Shown piece after piece: positions 20,596-33,227 of a DNA stretch of 64,000 bases (the first letter of the stretch is position 1; every line of letters starts with the position of its first letter). The notes beneath the pieces are model-generated. The model saw only the letters and a program-made list of their open reading frames with translations, made no database searches and had not been told where the DNA came from. A program made the translations under genes and the position numbers. The stretch comes from an uncultured Verrucomicrobiae bacterium (lineage in GTDB: Bacteria; Verrucomicrobiota; Verrucomicrobiia; Limisphaerales; JAFGQR01): contig CAWBHS010000022.1 of assembly GCA_963788655.1 (NCBI GenBank), positions 128,001 to 192,000 of the forward strand, in the 5' to 3' direction.

Positions 20596-21899
20596 ATGAA
20601 TCCATTGCTTGTTCGTTCCCGCTTAAGGCTCACCGGTATCTTGTTCCTGGGATTGTCCGTGCTGCCGGGTGTACGCGCGGCGAACTGGCCCCAGTTCCGC
20701 GGCCCCACGGGCCTGGGTTACACCGAGGCAACGAACCTGCCGTTACAATGGGGCGGACCAACACGTGAAAACGTGCTGTGGCAGTCGCCGCTCAAAGGGC
20801 AGGGGCATGCCAGTCCCATCGTGTGGAATGACACCGTGATCGTTTGCACCGCTTACTGGCCACCGGACGCCGGCGCCCATGAGAAGGTCATTCCCGAACA
20901 CCACGTCCTGGGCTATCGGGTCAGCGATGGGAAGCTGCAATGGGACACGAGCGTGCAGCCCGGTTCCTGGTTGCGGACGGATTTCCGGAGCGGCCCTGGA
21001 GGCGGTTACGCCGCGCCAACGCCGACCACGGATGGTGAACTGATTTTTTGCGCGTTTGGTTCCTCGGTGTTGGCGGCCCTCGATTTCCAAGGTCGCATTA
21101 TTTGGCGGAAGGAAATCATTCCCCACACATTCGACGTCACCTTGGGCAGCAGTCCAGTGCTTTATCAGGACACGGTCATCCTGCTCTGCGCCATGGCCAA
21201 ATCCAGTGATTCGCGAGTGGTCGCGTTCGACAAAGTCACGGGCGCGGTGAAATGGCAGCGGAGTTTTCCGGACATGGCTTTCGGGCACAGCACGCCGTTG
21301 ATCATCGACGTGAATTCCCAACCGCAAATGCTGCTGTTGGCTTCGGGCGGTAGTCCGAAAGACAACGCCCTGCGGAGCGTCGATCCCAACGACGGCAAAC
21401 CCCTCTGGTGGTGCGGGGGCGCCGGCGACGCCGCATCGCCCGCATACGCCGCCGGGATGGTTTATTTCGACAGCGGACGCGGCGGTCCGGGCATTGCGGT
21501 GGATGCCACTGGAACGGGTGATGTCTCCGCCGCGCACATCCGTTGGACGATTCCCAAGTGCCTGAGGGAATCGGTTCGCCGATCATTGTCGGCTCGCGCG
21601 TGTATCGTCTTCACAATCCATCCATCCTCAAATGTTGGGATTTGGCGACCGGCAAAACCCTGTATGCCGAGCGACTGGAAGGGCTTTCCACCGCTTGGGC
21701 AAGTCCCATCGCCGATCCCGCGGGGCGAATCTATTTTGCCAATGCGGGCAAAAGTTACGTGCTCCAGGCCGGTCCGGAATTCCGGGTGCTGGCGGTGAAC
21801 GACCTCGGCGATGGCAACCATCCTTCCCCGGCGGTTGCGGGAGACCGGCTTATTCTGGTCGGCCTGAAAAACCTCTATTGCATTGGCCGGCGGGAATGA
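20596..21899 (+). CDS. PQQ-like beta-propeller protein (BamB-like), frameshifted near 21554
   Basis: Signal peptide, NWPQFRGPTG, GHASPIVW, AAPTPTTDG and GSSPVLY. One extra C in the CCC run gives IPQVPEGIGSPII...WASP. Confidence 0.85.
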
Positions 21900-21969
21900 T
21901 GTGGGGCGGAAGAGCGCCGCAAATTTCCTTCGATCGAGATGGCGGCGGCTTACCGAGACGCCGCTACGG

Positions 21970-23493
21970 TTAGCGTTTTGCCATCTTGTCCAGTGCCGCC
22001 ATGGGGAATTCCTTGGAAGGCGCGTGTTGTTCGCGCATGATCCGTTCGAGCTTGGCCACGATGTCGGCGTGCTGGGCGGCAACATCCCGACTTTCACCCG
22101 GGTCCTGGTCGAGATCGTACAAGGCCAAGTGCAGTTGCGGCTTGGCGTTCTGGCCGGCCGGCTTGAGGTGTTGGCGGATGCCCTTCCAATTCCCGACCCG
22201 TACAAACTGCTGGCCTCCGTAACCGGGAAATTCGCGATACAGAAAAGGGCGCGGTTCCTGCCGTTGCCCAAGCAGTGTTGCGGCAAAGCTTAGGCCGTCA
22301 AGGTCGCGCGGGATGGCGCTTTTGCAGCCGGCCAGTTCCAGCAGCGTTGGCATCCAATCTTCGAAACCGGTGAGGCGATCCGACGTGGTGCCGGGCTGGA
22401 TGTGCCCCGGCCAGCGGACGATCATTGGCACGCGAATACCACCTTCGTACAGGGAACCTTTCAGTCCGCGAAACGGTCCGGCCGACTTGAAGAACTCCGA
22501 GTCTGAACCGCCTAAACGGTTGTAGGTCGGGCCATTGTCGGACGTGAAAACAACAATGGTCTTTTCCTCCAGGCCGAGTTCTTTGACCAAAGCCATCAGC
22601 CGCCCCACTTCGCGATCCAGTCGGGTAACCATGGCCGCGTATGTCGCTCGCGGTGTCCGGTTGGGCAAGTAACCATGACCGCCGGGATAAGGCGGGTCGG
22701 ACCAGCGATTGGTGTATTCGGCCAGGGAATCCGCCGGCACTTGCAGCGCCAGATGCGGGACCACCGAGGGCACGTACAGAAAAAACGGCCGGTTCCAGTG
22801 TTCCCGGACAAATCGCAGCGCCTGTTTGTGAATCAAATCCGGCGCGTAATCTGTGCCGATGTAACCGGCGTAGGACGCGGGATCGTTCGGGTCGGCATCG
22901 GCCGGCAATTTAGCGTACGGAGAAAAGGGCTCGTTGTTCAGGCTGACGCGCCGGTCGTTGTCCCACAGGTAGGTAGGGTAGTAATTGTGCGCGTGGCGCT
23001 GGCAATTGTAGCCGTAGAAGCGATTGAAGCCTTGTTTCAACGGGTCGCCCGTGCTGCCCGGCCCGCCCAGGCCCCACTTGCCGAAGGCGCCGGTGACGTA
23101 ACCCTGTTGTTGGAACGCTTCTCCCATCGTGACCGTGGCCTCCGGAATCGGGAACTGGCCCTCGGGTTTCATCTCGCGATTGTCCCGAACGAACGCGTGC
23201 CCCGGATGTTTGCCAGTCATCAGCACACAGCGCGATGGCGCACAAACGGCGTTGCCGGCGTAGTGCTGCGTGAACCGCATGCCTTCGGCCGCCAACCGAT
23301 CAATGTTCGGCGTGCGAATCTTTTGCTGTCCATAGCACCCCAGTTCGGCGTACCCAAGGTCGTCAGCCATGATAAACATAATGTTGGGGTGGGCCGGGGC
23401 TGCGGCGGCCGACGCGGCAGGAACGCTGGGCAACGTAAGGGCGCCCAGCAACATGATGGCTTTGACAGCGGGATGCTTGATGAAGGTGGTCAT
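21970..23493 (-). CDS. Arylsulfatase-family (S1) sulfatase, exported
   Basis: PNIMFIMADDLGY, CAPSR formylglycine motif, GKWGLG, FTSDNG and KGSLYEGGIRVP. Confidence 0.95.
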   Translation of the reverse strand: MTTFIKHPAVKAIMLLGALTLPSVPAASAAAAPAHPNIMFIMADDLGYAELGCYGQQKIRTPNIDRLAAEGMRFTQHYAGNAVCAPSRCVLMTGKHPGHAFVRDNREMKPEGQFPIPEATVTMGEAFQQQGYVTGAFGKWGLGGPGSTGDPLKQGFNRFYGYNCQRHAHNYYPTYLWDNDRRVSLNNEPFSPYAKLPADADPNDPASYAGYIGTDYAPDLIHKQALRFVREHWNRPFFLYVPSVVPHLALQVPADSLAEYTNRWSDPPYPGGHGYLPNRTPRATYAAMVTRLDREVGRLMALVKELGLEEKTIVVFTSDNGPTYNRLGGSDSEFFKSAGPFRGLKGSLYEGGIRVPMIVRWPGHIQPGTTSDRLTGFEDWMPTLLELAGCKSAIPRDLDGLSFAATLLGQRQEPRPFLYREFPGYGGQQFVRVGNWKGIRQHLKPAGQNAKPQLHLALYDLDQDPGESRDVAAQHADIVAKLERIMREQHAPSKEFPMAALDKMAKR

Positions 23494-23547
23494 GACCGTG
23501 AAGTTCCCAAACGGTCTGCCCTTTGAACAGTCTGAATTTTCAAACCG

Positions 23548-26500
23548 CTATGGAAGCGTAACCGACCGATAGAAGCAGGGGGAGAAATTGGTCGAGCCGG
23601 GGTGAACCAGGTCCAACATCCCCATGGGTGTGTTGGTGATGAGCCACGTGTTCCAGGTTTGCAGGTCGGTCGAATACTGAACTGCAAATTGTCCTTCGGG
23701 TTGACCGGTCAGCCGCAATTGGTTTTCTCCGGAAGGGCCGGCCCCCAGCGGAGTCAGTTGCGACGGTGTAGCCAGGCGGTAGTTCAAATGCACCACACCG
23801 CTGGCGCCACCGACCCCGTCCACCGCGAAGTAATATACCGTGCCCGGCGTCACGTCGAACATCACCGCGCTGTCGAAGCCATCCATTCCGCCGTCGTTAT
23901 CGCAGGCGACGGGGATCAGGCTCTCAAAGGTGTCGCCGCCAGTGTACACAGCCAGCACGGTGTCGAAATCGCTGCCGTCGGTATTGAGATAGAGCGCCCC
24001 GTTGGCTTCGGCCAGATAGGCAAACCAGTGCGAGGCCCCGCCGGCTTCGCCACAGTGATTGGGTTCGCCCGGTTCCTTGCTTGCCCCGGCGGTGCTGAAT
24101 ACTTGCGATCCCGAATAACCGCGGCTGACCGTGAACCCTCTGGTGCCGCCTTTGCCGCTGGCAAGCGCTGGGGCAAAACCAAACAGCCCAGCGCCGCCCA
24201 GCCGCAGTGGTTTGCCTGAGCGAATTAGATGCACCAGCTTGTTGTAGGCGCGCACGTCCTCGATTTCATCTCCGGTTTGGTTGAATTGCAAGTCGGCGAC
24301 GGGGCTTTCGACGTAATAACTGCCCTGGCTAATCTTCACCGAGTATTTACCGACCTTGAGGGCGTCGGCGTTGGTGATGACCAGTCGATTGGTGATGGCA
24401 TTCGGAATGGGCAAACCATTGAATAACCACTGGTAACTCAGCGCCGGGTCGGTGCTGTTCGCGAGTTCGACCTGGAAGACCACCAGGTTGCTGAGCACAA
24501 TCGTCTGGCTGACCGGCTGGACCGTAATCTGGGGCAGGCGATTGGTGGTGGTGAGAAAATTCCATTGCAACACCACGTTCCCTGCGGCGCCGTTTAGGCC
24601 GTCCACCGCGATGCGATACCATTCCCCGGCCACGGTATTGAAGGACACGGCGCTGGTCAAAAAACCGCCGCGGTCTTCGTCGCTGGCGACTTCCGTCAGG
24701 GCGTCCACAGTGTCGCCGGTGTACACGGCCAGCAGGGTGTCAAAGTCGCTGCCGCGGGTGTTGAACGTGGCAATTCCGTTGCCGGGCGCCTGCCAGGTGA
24801 GCCACAAAATCTGCCGCCGGGCAGGCCGGCATGGTCGGGTTCGCCTGGTTCAACCGTGGCGCTTGTGTTGTTGGCTGTGCCCCGGCCGCTGGAATCGGTC
24901 AACAGCACTTGATCGATGAAATCGTCCATCAGCGGCAACTCGTCCAACCTCACCCGCACCCAGGCCGGTGGGCTTTCGAGGGCGTCCCAGGCACTTTGAA
25001 CGGCCACCGTATAACGGCCACCATCACTCACCTGCACGGGATCGATAACCAGGGTGGCATTGGTGGCGCCGGGCAGGTTGACCCCGTTGCGCCGCCACTG
25101 GACGGACAATGGCTCGCTACCCACGTAGCCGACGTTCAGCACCAGCGCATCGCCTTCCATTATGATCTGGCTCAACGGTGGCTGCGTGATGGCCAGTGGC
25201 TGCGGCGGCACAACGTCCAGCAGCGCTGCCGGACTGAGAACGGCGCCGGTGGCACTGCGAACCAGAACCGAGTAGGCGCCAGCGTCGGCCAGTTGAACCG
25301 GGTCCAACAGAAGAATGGCATTGGTGGCGCGCGGAATGGGATTGCCATTGAACCACCATTGGTAGGTGACGGAACTGGCGCCCGTTACGGTAACCGCAAA
25401 CTTTACGCGGCCGTCCACGTAACCCTGTTGGGTTTGCGGCGCCATCTCTATGGCCGGCATGCCGGGCTGCGTGTATTTCAGGACCAAATAATCCTCGTCG
25501 GACGTGCTCCCGCGCGACGTGCCGCCCACGACCACCTCGCCGGCGGCATTCACCGCGACGGCGCTCCCGCGATCCTCCATTCCGGCGTAGTCATAGTTTT
25601 CCTGCCATTGGAGCTGGCCGTGCGCGTCGTATTTGACCGTTAGCACGTCGCTGGTGGAACCACTGTCGCTGGTGCCGGTGACATAGACGTTGCCCGCCAA
25701 ATCCAGCGCCAGGGCGGTCGCGGCGTCCTTCCGCGGCAAGGAGTGGATGGCCACCCAAAGCAGGTTGCCGTCGCGATCATACTTGAGCGTGCCGAAGTTC
25801 TCGTTATTGGCGGCGGAAACGACGCCGGCAACGAACACATTGCCCTCGCGATCGACCGCCAGCGCGGCGGGGGCGTCGTCCTTCTGGTCCGGCCCATCGT
25901 AACGGCGCGCCCAGAGTTGGTGGCCGTTCGCGTCGTACTTGACGGTGGCGAAATCCTGTTTGGTGCTGTCGCCTTCGGAAGTCCCGGTCACAATCACATT
26001 GCCCTCACCGTCCAGCACCAGGGCGACGGCCAAGTCCGATTTGTTGCCGGGACTGGAATAGGTGGCCACCCAGAGCAGGTTGCCATCGGGATCATATTTG
26101 ATCGTGGTAAAATCCTGGCCGTCGGTCAGGCCCACGGCCCCGCCGGTGACATAGACGTTGCCCAATGGGTCCACGGCCAAGGCGCGCGCCTGGTCCGGAT
26201 GCTGGGCGGGACCGTCGTAACGCGTGGGCCAGAGACGAGCGCCGTTGGCCCCAAACTTGACGGTCGTGTAATCGCCGCCGGTGTTTCCCGTGACAATCAC
26301 AGCGCCGGAATCATCCACGGCCACGCAGCACGCCGCGTCATCGACACTGTAGGAATAACGCGCCGTCCAGAGGGTGTTCCCGGTTGGACCGTATTTGAGC
26401 GTGGCAAAATCGGAATTGCCGCCGCGGGATTCGCCAGTGACATACACGTTGCCCGCGAGATCCACGGCGAGGCCGTTGGCTTGGTCGTAATCATTGCCGG

Positions 26501-28164
26501 GCCCATCGTAGCGATTGGTCCACAGGGCCGTTCCGTCCGAAGCATATTTCACTGTCAGATAGTCCAGGCTCGAAGCGTCGCCCTCGGAGGTGCCCGTGAC
26601 GAGCGTGTTCCCGGCGGCATCGAGCACCATAGCCCGGAGTTCGTCAGCGCGGTTGGCGGGACCGTTGTAGCGCGCGGTCCAGGCCAGCGTGGGCGAGGTG
26701 GCGTTGACGATAGGCTGGCTGGCGGCAAACTCCGAGGTGTTCCCAGCCGAATCCGTGGCCGTTGCCGAGACAACGCGAGCCTCGGGATCCGGGGCCGGTA
26801 AGGTGACCCTAAACGCCGCCTGGCCCGCGGCGTTGGCTACTACGTTGACCGCACCGAGGAATGATTTGCCTTCGCCAAAGCCGGATGCATCCATCGCCGG
26901 GCTCGCAAAGAACTCGAGCCAGTAAGTGAGGTTGGGCAGGCTCTTGAGCGTGCCAGCGAGCTCGAGGGTGTTGCCCTGGTTCGTGGCCGAGTTGATGACC
27001 GGATAGTTTTGGAGGCTGTTGGCGCCGGAGTCGGTGTCGGTGGAATCGTTCGGTTCCACCCCGGCCGTTGCCAGATCGATGCCCAAACCGGCGTTTTCAA
27101 AAATGGAGTTGCCCAGCACGGTATTGGTGGCCCAGAGCACCCAAACACCCGGGCCGCCGTTGAAGGCGATGGTATTGCCGGCGCCCGCGTTTGTGCCGCC
27201 CACGGAACATCCGGGCGCGTTGGTTAGAAAGATTCCGCCCAGTGCATTGCCAAGGTGGCGTGAACCGGAGTAATCCGTGCCGATGAAGTTGCCTGCGATG
27301 GTGTTGTTGAAACAGTTGTTCAGGAACAGGCCGTAATCGTTGATGCCGGTGCCGTGGCTGCCCGCGATGATGTTGCCGGCTCCGGGATCCGAACCGCCAA
27401 TCTGGTTGTTGGAGGCGTTGGGATTCGTCAGCAGGATCGCCGGGCCCATATTTCCGAGCGGTTGCGTGCCGCTGGCGTCCGTGCCGAGGTAATTGCCCTG
27501 GATGATCTGGCTCCCGGAGTTTTGCAGGTAAATCCCGCCCGTCTGATTGTCACTGATCACGTTTCGCTGGGCGGGGGCCGGGCCGCCGATGCGAGCGCCG
27601 CCGGCGGTGGACCGGATGCCATAGCCGCGATTGCCCGCCGGGGTGACGCCATCCACGTCCACGCCGATGAAATTTCCCTCGATCTGGGTATCCGCAAACC
27701 CGAACAAATAAATACCGTCGGCATCGAAATTCAGAATTGCCAGGCCCTTGATGGCGCAGCCGGTATCGTTGATCGCGAGGCCCTTGGCGCCGTCACTGTT
27801 CCCGCTGCCGATCAGGCGGATCAGGATCACCGCATTGTTGCCGTTGGAAAGCGTGTTGGCGCTGGCGCCCGGTTGGGTATAGCCGTCAATGGCAACCGGC
27901 TTGGTGATGTTGGGCAAAGCGCCGCTGACCGCGCGGACGGTGTGAGGCCCCGCGCCGGGGATGGCGAACTGGATGGTGTCCGCATCCGAGGATGCATTGG
28001 CGTCGGCGATGGCCTGGCGCAACGTGCCGGCACCGCTGTCATTCGTCGAGGTCACGGTAAATATTGCTGCCTGGCTCGCGTCGCAGAGCGGTCAATAATA
28101 GCAGGCCACCAACGGCCGCTTGGACCAGAGGCCACACTCGGTGGACAAAAAAGCAACGTTTCAT
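23548..28164 (-). CDS. Large secreted multidomain protein (~1500 aa): beta-helix, 8 SBBP-like propeller repeats, Ig-like domains, two PPC-like domains and a C-terminal STDL..W/FYR module; frameshifts near 28082 and 24808
   Basis: ATG 28164 encodes a signal peptide (MKRCFF...GGLLLLTAL) that shifts into ASQAAIFTVTSTNDSGAGTLRQAI. It has GNFIGTD repeats, eight W..RY.GP..D.A.ALAVD..GNVYVTG repeats, YQW..NG Ig motifs and GSDFDT.LAVYTG twice. HAGLPGGR joins LWLTWQAP across 24808. Confidence 0.8.
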
Positions 28165-28617
28165 AGGCCAGTTCGAAGGGATGGGGAAGGCACGGGAACG
28201 ATTCGTGGACGGCATGAACCGTCGCCTCGCTCGAAATACTTGAGCGACTTTGACATAAAAGCTGGGTAAGGCACGGAAAGCACGTGGTGCCGGCGGAATT
28301 CACGGCCCGGGGCGGTTGCGCGCCACGAGCCCAAAAGCCGCCGCACCATTCTCAAGGAAAATCCGGTGTGCTCTGATACTCACTGCTTTTTGGCGTCCAA
28401 ACCGCGAAGCATTCGGACCACGTGGTTTAATTCAAAGCAGAGGGGGTGCCAGAGTGAGGCGCATGAAGATTAGAACGGGTAGGGAACTGGTGCGGCCTGC
28501 GCCAATTCACCGCCCGCGGCATCCGCTCGGCTGGGCTCCACGGAGTCTCGCCCTGTGGAGTCGGCGTTGCGGGCAAAGAACGCCGAACGATTCGTGAGGC
28601 GCAGTTTATGGGGAAAC

Positions 28618-28653
28618 AAAAAAAAATCAGGGCGGTGCCGCAGCACCGCCCTG
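28618..28653 (-). terminator. Intrinsic terminator downstream of the FKBP gene
   Basis: CAGGGCGGTGC-cgca-GCACCGCCCTG hairpin (28628-28653) followed on the minus strand by a run of T. Confidence 0.8.
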
Positions 28654-28685
28654 CCTTGAGCGAAATGAAATGATCGGTAGCGCCC

Positions 28686-29402
28686 TTACTTCTTCGCCGG
28701 TTCTTTCGGGGCGGCGGGCGGTTTGATGCCGAGCAGTTCGATGTCGAACAGCAAGACGGAGTTTCCCGGGATATTGGGCCGACCGTTGGGGCCGTACGCC
28801 AGATCGGGCGGGATGACGAGTTGCCATTTCGAACCGACCGGCATCATGAGCAGCGCTTCGGTCCAGCCCTTGATCACCCCGGTCACCGGGAACGTGGCCG
28901 GTTCGCCACGACGATAGGAACTGTCGAATTCGGTGCCGTTCGACAACGTGCCGCGGTAGTGGACGATTACGGTGTCGTTGGTGGTCGGCTTGGGACCGGT
29001 GCCCATGGTGATGACCTTGTATTGGAGACCGCTCGGGGTGACTTGGACCCCTTCCTTTTTTTTGTTGGCGGCCAGGAAGGTTTCGGCCTCCTTGAGGTTT
29101 TCGGACGCCTCGGCTTTGCGTTTGGCCGTCTGTTTTTCGCGTAATTCGGTTTGGAAGGTGCGCATGGTGTTGCGGGCTTCTTCGTCGGTCATCAGGGTCT
29201 TGCCGCCGGAAAGGGCGTCCTTCAGCCCCTTCAGGTACATCTCGGGATTGACCTCGACGCCACTTTGTTTCATGGAATGGCCCATGTTCATGCCCAGCAT
29301 ATAACTCACTTTATCTTCCGGAGTTTTGAAGGGGCTGTCCTCCGCGGCGACGAGGGTCAGGGTCAGGCTGGTTAGCAAAATAGTAGTCAATGATAATTTC
29401 AT
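28686..29402 (-). CDS. FKBP-type peptidyl-prolyl isomerase (FkpA/Mip-like)
   Basis: Signal peptide, DKVSYMLG, SGLQYKVI, VHYRGTL.NGTEFDSSY, VIKGWTEAL and IPPDLAYG. Confidence 0.95.
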   Translation of the reverse strand: MKLSLTTILLTSLTLTLVAAEDSPFKTPEDKVSYMLGMNMGHSMKQSGVEVNPEMYLKGLKDALSGGKTLMTDEEARNTMRTFQTELREKQTAKRKAEASENLKEAETFLAANKKKEGVQVTPSGLQYKVITMGTGPKPTTNDTVIVHYRGTLSNGTEFDSSYRRGEPATFPVTGVIKGWTEALLMMPVGSKWQLVIPPDLAYGPNGRPNIPGNSVLLFDIELLGIKPPAAPKEPAKK

Positions 29403-29862
29403 GTTAGCGATCTTCAACGGACTTGCCCGGGATCGGAAATGGCTTCGGCCCAGACAACCAAGTTAATTGTCAAGTTGCCAAACTAATCGGTATTACCCGC
29501 TCGTCAAGGCCAAGCTCCGGCTCGACAAGGATTTTCCTAGTGGCGAGCCAACCGTGGTTTGTGACAAAGTCAAATCACCGTTGCCTTGGCAAGCATTCCT
29601 AAATGCCCGAACAGCATACGAAGCGCCCAGTGCCGGCACCGGATTGGCCTGAAGGCGTGAACACCGGTGAGCTACGGGCTCAAGTGCGCGTGCGCAAGGC
29701 GTGACGGATTTTTGTTGATGACAATTTGATTCGGGTGGCGGAGCGTATCCTCAGCGGGGTTCCCCCCAACCCCCACCTCCCTGACGCCCGCTGCCCGAAT
29801 CGTTTTTCTTCTATTGACATTGCCCGCTGACGCGGAAAGCTCAGCCGGTTGTCGCATTAGTC

Positions 29863-32724
29863 ATGATTGCCGAAAACAGAAGGCGAACCATTGTGAACCT
29901 GGCTGCTGTTTCCCGTGTCCTGGGGGGGGCGGTAATGGCGGCCGGAAGCCTGTTCGTGTTCGGCTGGCTTTTCCATCTGGAAGCGCTGCAAGGCGACTGG
30001 CTGGGACCGGCCCCGGTGGTTCCAACAGCGGCCGTGGCGTTTCTGCTGGCCGGCGCCGCTTTGGCTGGCTTAAGCTTTCCCTCGCTCGGAGCGGGTTCTC
30101 GTTGCGTAGTCAGAATAGTGGCCGGCGCGACCGTCACGGTGGGCGGGTTGGCCCTGGTTCTGCGTCTATTTAGTTTTTTCAATGATCACCAACCGTTGCT
30201 GCTCGAAAGCTCGATCCCAATGGGGCCCTGGAATCTGGGGAAAATGTCTGCCGAAACCGCTCTCAGTTTGGCCCTGATGGGAACCGCGTTGTTGCTCCTG
30301 GCGCGCCGGGATAATCGTGGATTTCGGCTGGCGCAGGGGCTGACGCTGGTGGCGTCGGGAATATCCCTGGTAGCCTTCCTGGGATACGCCTACGAAATCC
30401 GGGCCTTCAACCAGATTCATTTCCTGAAACCGATGCCGCTGCCAAGTTCGGTGCTGTTTCTGATGCTTGGCGCGGGTATTCTATGTGCCCAGAGCGGCTC
30501 CGGACTGGGCCGATTGTTGGCGGCCAACAACGCCGGCGGAATTTTGGTGCGCCGGTTGTTGCCGGTGGCCGTTGTGTTGCCGTTGGTCCTGGATGGGCTG
30601 CGGTTGATGGCCCAACGCGCCGGTTGGTTTGATCCGGAGGTGGGCGTGGCCTTGTTCGCGGTTTCCGACGTGGTCATTTTGTTTGGGTTGATCTGGTGGA
30701 ACGGCCACTGGCTGGACACCATGGATACCGATCGCCACCGGTTGGTTGCCGAACTGCACCGGTCCCATGAACGGTTCGCCCGCATGTTCCAATCCAATCC
30801 CCTGCCCATCAGCCTGGTGGCTTCGGAGGGAAGCCGTTTCCTCGATATCAACGACGCGTTCACCCGCATGACCGGGTATAGCCGGGCGGAGACGCTGGGA
30901 CGCACCGCCCTCGAACTGGGCCTATGGGTGCATCCGGAACGCCGGGCCGAATTGTTGCGTCTCATGGAACAACAAGGAGCGGTCGATGCGTTCGAATTCC
31001 AATACCGCACGAAAAAAGGTGAGGTGCGCGACGCGATGTCATTCACCGACCGTATCGAATTGGAAACCGGCCCGTGTTTCCTGTTCATTTCCAACGACAT
31101 CACCGGTCGCAACCGGGCCGTCGAGGAACACGCGCGGCTGGCCGCCATCGTCAAGTCCGCCAACGACGCGATTATTGGCAAGACGCTCGCCGGCGTCGTC
31201 GTCAGTTGGAATGAAGCCGCGGAACGCACTTATGGTTATACCGCACAAGAGATGGTGGGCCAATCCATCAACCGGGTGGTACCGCCGGAACGGTTGCCGG
31301 AACTTGAGCAAATCAACCAAAGCATCCGGCGCGGTGAACGCGTGCGCATTCTCGAAACCTCCCGCATCCGCAAAGATGGCCGGCGCATCGTCGTGTCGCT
31401 GGCCGTCTCTCCGCTCAAGGATGTCACCGGCAAGGTGGTCGGCATTTCCACGATTGCTCGCGACATCACCGAACGCAAACGCGCCGAGGAACAAATCCGC
31501 CAACTCAACACCGAACTGGAGGAGCGCGTCCGGCAACGCACCGCGGAACTCGAAACCGTCAACCGCGAACTGCGTCAGGAAATCGTGCAACGTGAACAGA
31601 CGCAGGAGGCGTTGCGCCAGAGTGAGGAACGGTTCCGTTTGCAGGTCGAACGGATGCCCATAGCCTGTGTGCTGCTCGATGCCGAGTTCCGCTTCCAGTA
31701 TTGGAACCCGGCGGCCAACCGCATCTTTGGTTATTGTCCCAACGAAGTCCTCGGCAAGCATCCCGAGGAACTCATTATCCCGCCGGACACCCCCACCCAA
31801 CTGAACGGCAGCCTGGCGCGGATGGCCGCCGAAAACACCACGATTCGCCGCGTGGGTGAGAACCGGACGAAGGATGGGCGGCGGATTACCTGCGAATGGT
31901 CCAACACGCCCCTGAAAGATGCCTCCGGGCAGGTGCTGGGTCTGCTGGCCATGGCCCAGGACATTACCGAACGGCGTCAGAAGGAGGCGGAGATCCGCCG
32001 GTTAAACCAGGATCTCGCCGAGCAGGTCGCCCGGTTGGAAGCGGCCAACAAGGAACTGGAGGCCTTCTCGTATTCCGTCTCGCATGATTTGCGCGCGCCT
32101 TTGCGCGCCATCGATGGTTTTGCCGGAATTCTAACGGAGGATTACTCGACGCGGCTGGACGCGGAAGGCCAGCGCCTCCTGGGCGTGATTTGCGGCGAAG
32201 CCAAGCGCATGGGGCAACTGATTGACGACCTGCTCAACTTTTCGCGGCTGGGCCGCCGCCCGGTGCAGTTCACGGATATCGACATGACCGCCCTCGCCCG
32301 CGGTGTCTTCCTGGAACTGACCGCCCTGGCCCCGGACCGGACCATTCAATTCGACTTGCAACCGCTGCCGCCAGTTTTTGGCGATCTTTCCTTGCTGCGT
32401 CAAGTGCTGGTGAATTTGCTCGGCAACGCCATCAAATTCACTCAGCCCCGCCACCCCGCTGTGATCACGGTCGGCGCCCATGCCGAACCCGGGAAAACGA
32501 TTTATTACGTGCAAGACAACGGGGTGGGCTTTGACATGCATTACGCCCCGAAGCTGTTTGGCGTGTTCCAACGCTTGCACAGCTCCGACGAATTCGCCGG
32601 CACGGGGGTCGGGCTGGCGTTGGTGCAGCGCATTGTCCATCGCCACCACGGCCACGTCTGGGCCGAAGCGCAAGTCGATGTCGGGGCCACATTTTATTTT
32701 TCGCTGCCGACTCCCCCTGCTTAA
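29863..32724 (+). CDS. Membrane sensor histidine kinase with three PAS domains
   Basis: N-terminal multi-TM region, three PAS/PAC units ending in DIT, His[17 protein letters not shown], and HATPase [23 protein letters not shown]. Confidence 0.95.
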   Translation: MIAENRRRTIVNLAAVSRVLGGAVMAAGSLFVFGWLFHLEALQGDWLGPAPVVPTAAVAFLLAGAALAGLSFPSLGAGSRCVVRIVAGATVTVGGLALVLRLFSFFNDHQPLLLESSIPMGPWNLGKMSAETALSLALMGTALLLLARRDNRGFRLAQGLTLVASGISLVAFLGYAYEIRAFNQIHFLKPMPLPSSVLFLMLGAGILCAQSGSGLGRLLAANNAGGILVRRLLPVAVVLPLVLDGLRLMAQRAGWFDPEVGVALFAVSDVVILFGLIWWNGHWLDTMDTDRHRLVAELHRSHERFARMFQSNPLPISLVASEGSRFLDINDAFTRMTGYSRAETLGRTALELGLWVHPERRAELLRLMEQQGAVDAFEFQYRTKKGEVRDAMSFTDRIELETGPCFLFISNDITGRNRAVEEHARLAAIVKSANDAIIGKTLAGVVVSWNEAAERTYGYTAQEMVGQSINRVVPPERLPELEQINQSIRRGERVRILETSRIRKDGRRIVVSLAVSPLKDVTGKVVGISTIARDITERKRAEEQIRQLNTELEERVRQRTAELETVNRELRQEIVQREQTQEALRQSEERFRLQVERMPIACVLLDAEFRFQYWNPAANRIFGYCPNEVLGKHPEELIIPPDTPTQLNGSLARMAAENTTIRRVGENRTKDGRRITCEWSNTPLKDASGQVLGLLAMAQDITERRQKEAEIRRLNQDLAEQVARLEAANKELEAFSYSVSHDLRAPLRAIDGFAGILTEDYSTRLDAEGQRLLGVICGEAKRMGQLIDDLLNFSRLGRRPVQFTDIDMTALARGVFLELTALAPDRTIQFDLQPLPPVFGDLSLLRQVLVNLLGNAIKFTQPRHPAVITVGAHAEPGKTIYYVQDNGVGFDMHYAPKLFGVFQRLHSSDEFAGTGVGLALVQRIVHRHHGHVWAEAQVDVGATFYFSLPTPPA

Positions 32725-32738
32725 CTCCGGGACTGACC

Positions 32739-33227
32739 ATGAATATTGAAAACGAAATTGAAATTCTCCTGGTGGAAGATAACCCGCACGACGCCGAGTT
32801 GGCTCTCCGCTCCCTTAAGAAACGGCACCTGGCCAACCGGCTCCTGTGGGTTAAGGATGGCGCGGAGGCCCTCGCGGTATTGTTTCCGGAACAGACGGGC
32901 TCCAAGGGGCTTCGACGCCCGAGCCTCCGGGTGATTCTCCTGGATTTGAAGTTACCCAAGGTGGATGGTCTGGAAGTGTTGCGCCGCTTGAAAAGTGATG
33001 AGGAGACACGAAAGATTCCGGTCGTGGTGTTGACGTCCTCCCGCGAAGAACAGGACGTCGTGAAGAGCTATCGCCTGGGCGTCAACAGTTACATCGTCAA
33101 GCCGGTGGACTTTGAACAATTCTCCGCGGCCGTGGCGGAAATGGGCATGTACTGGATGCTCCTCAATGAGCTGCCCGCCCGTCCACTCCCGGGAGCCACG
33201 GCCAGCAACCAACCCCTGGCAACATGA
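32739..33227 (+). CDS. Single-domain response regulator (Rcp-like)
   Basis: [26 protein letters not shown] and [10 protein letters not shown]. Confidence 0.95.
   Translation: MNIENEIEILLVEDNPHDAELALRSLKKRHLANRLLWVKDGAEALAVLFPEQTGSKGLRRPSLRVILLDLKLPKVDGLEVLRRLKSDEETRKIPVVVLTSSREEQDVVKSYRLGVNSYIVKPVDFEQFSAAVAEMGMYWMLLNELPARPLPGATASNQPLAT

Noticed and set aside
29420..29860. Riboswitch or ncRNA in the long intergenic region (also 36100-36570)
   Set aside because: I could not identify any known conserved motif by eye. An Rfam/Infernal scan would be needed.
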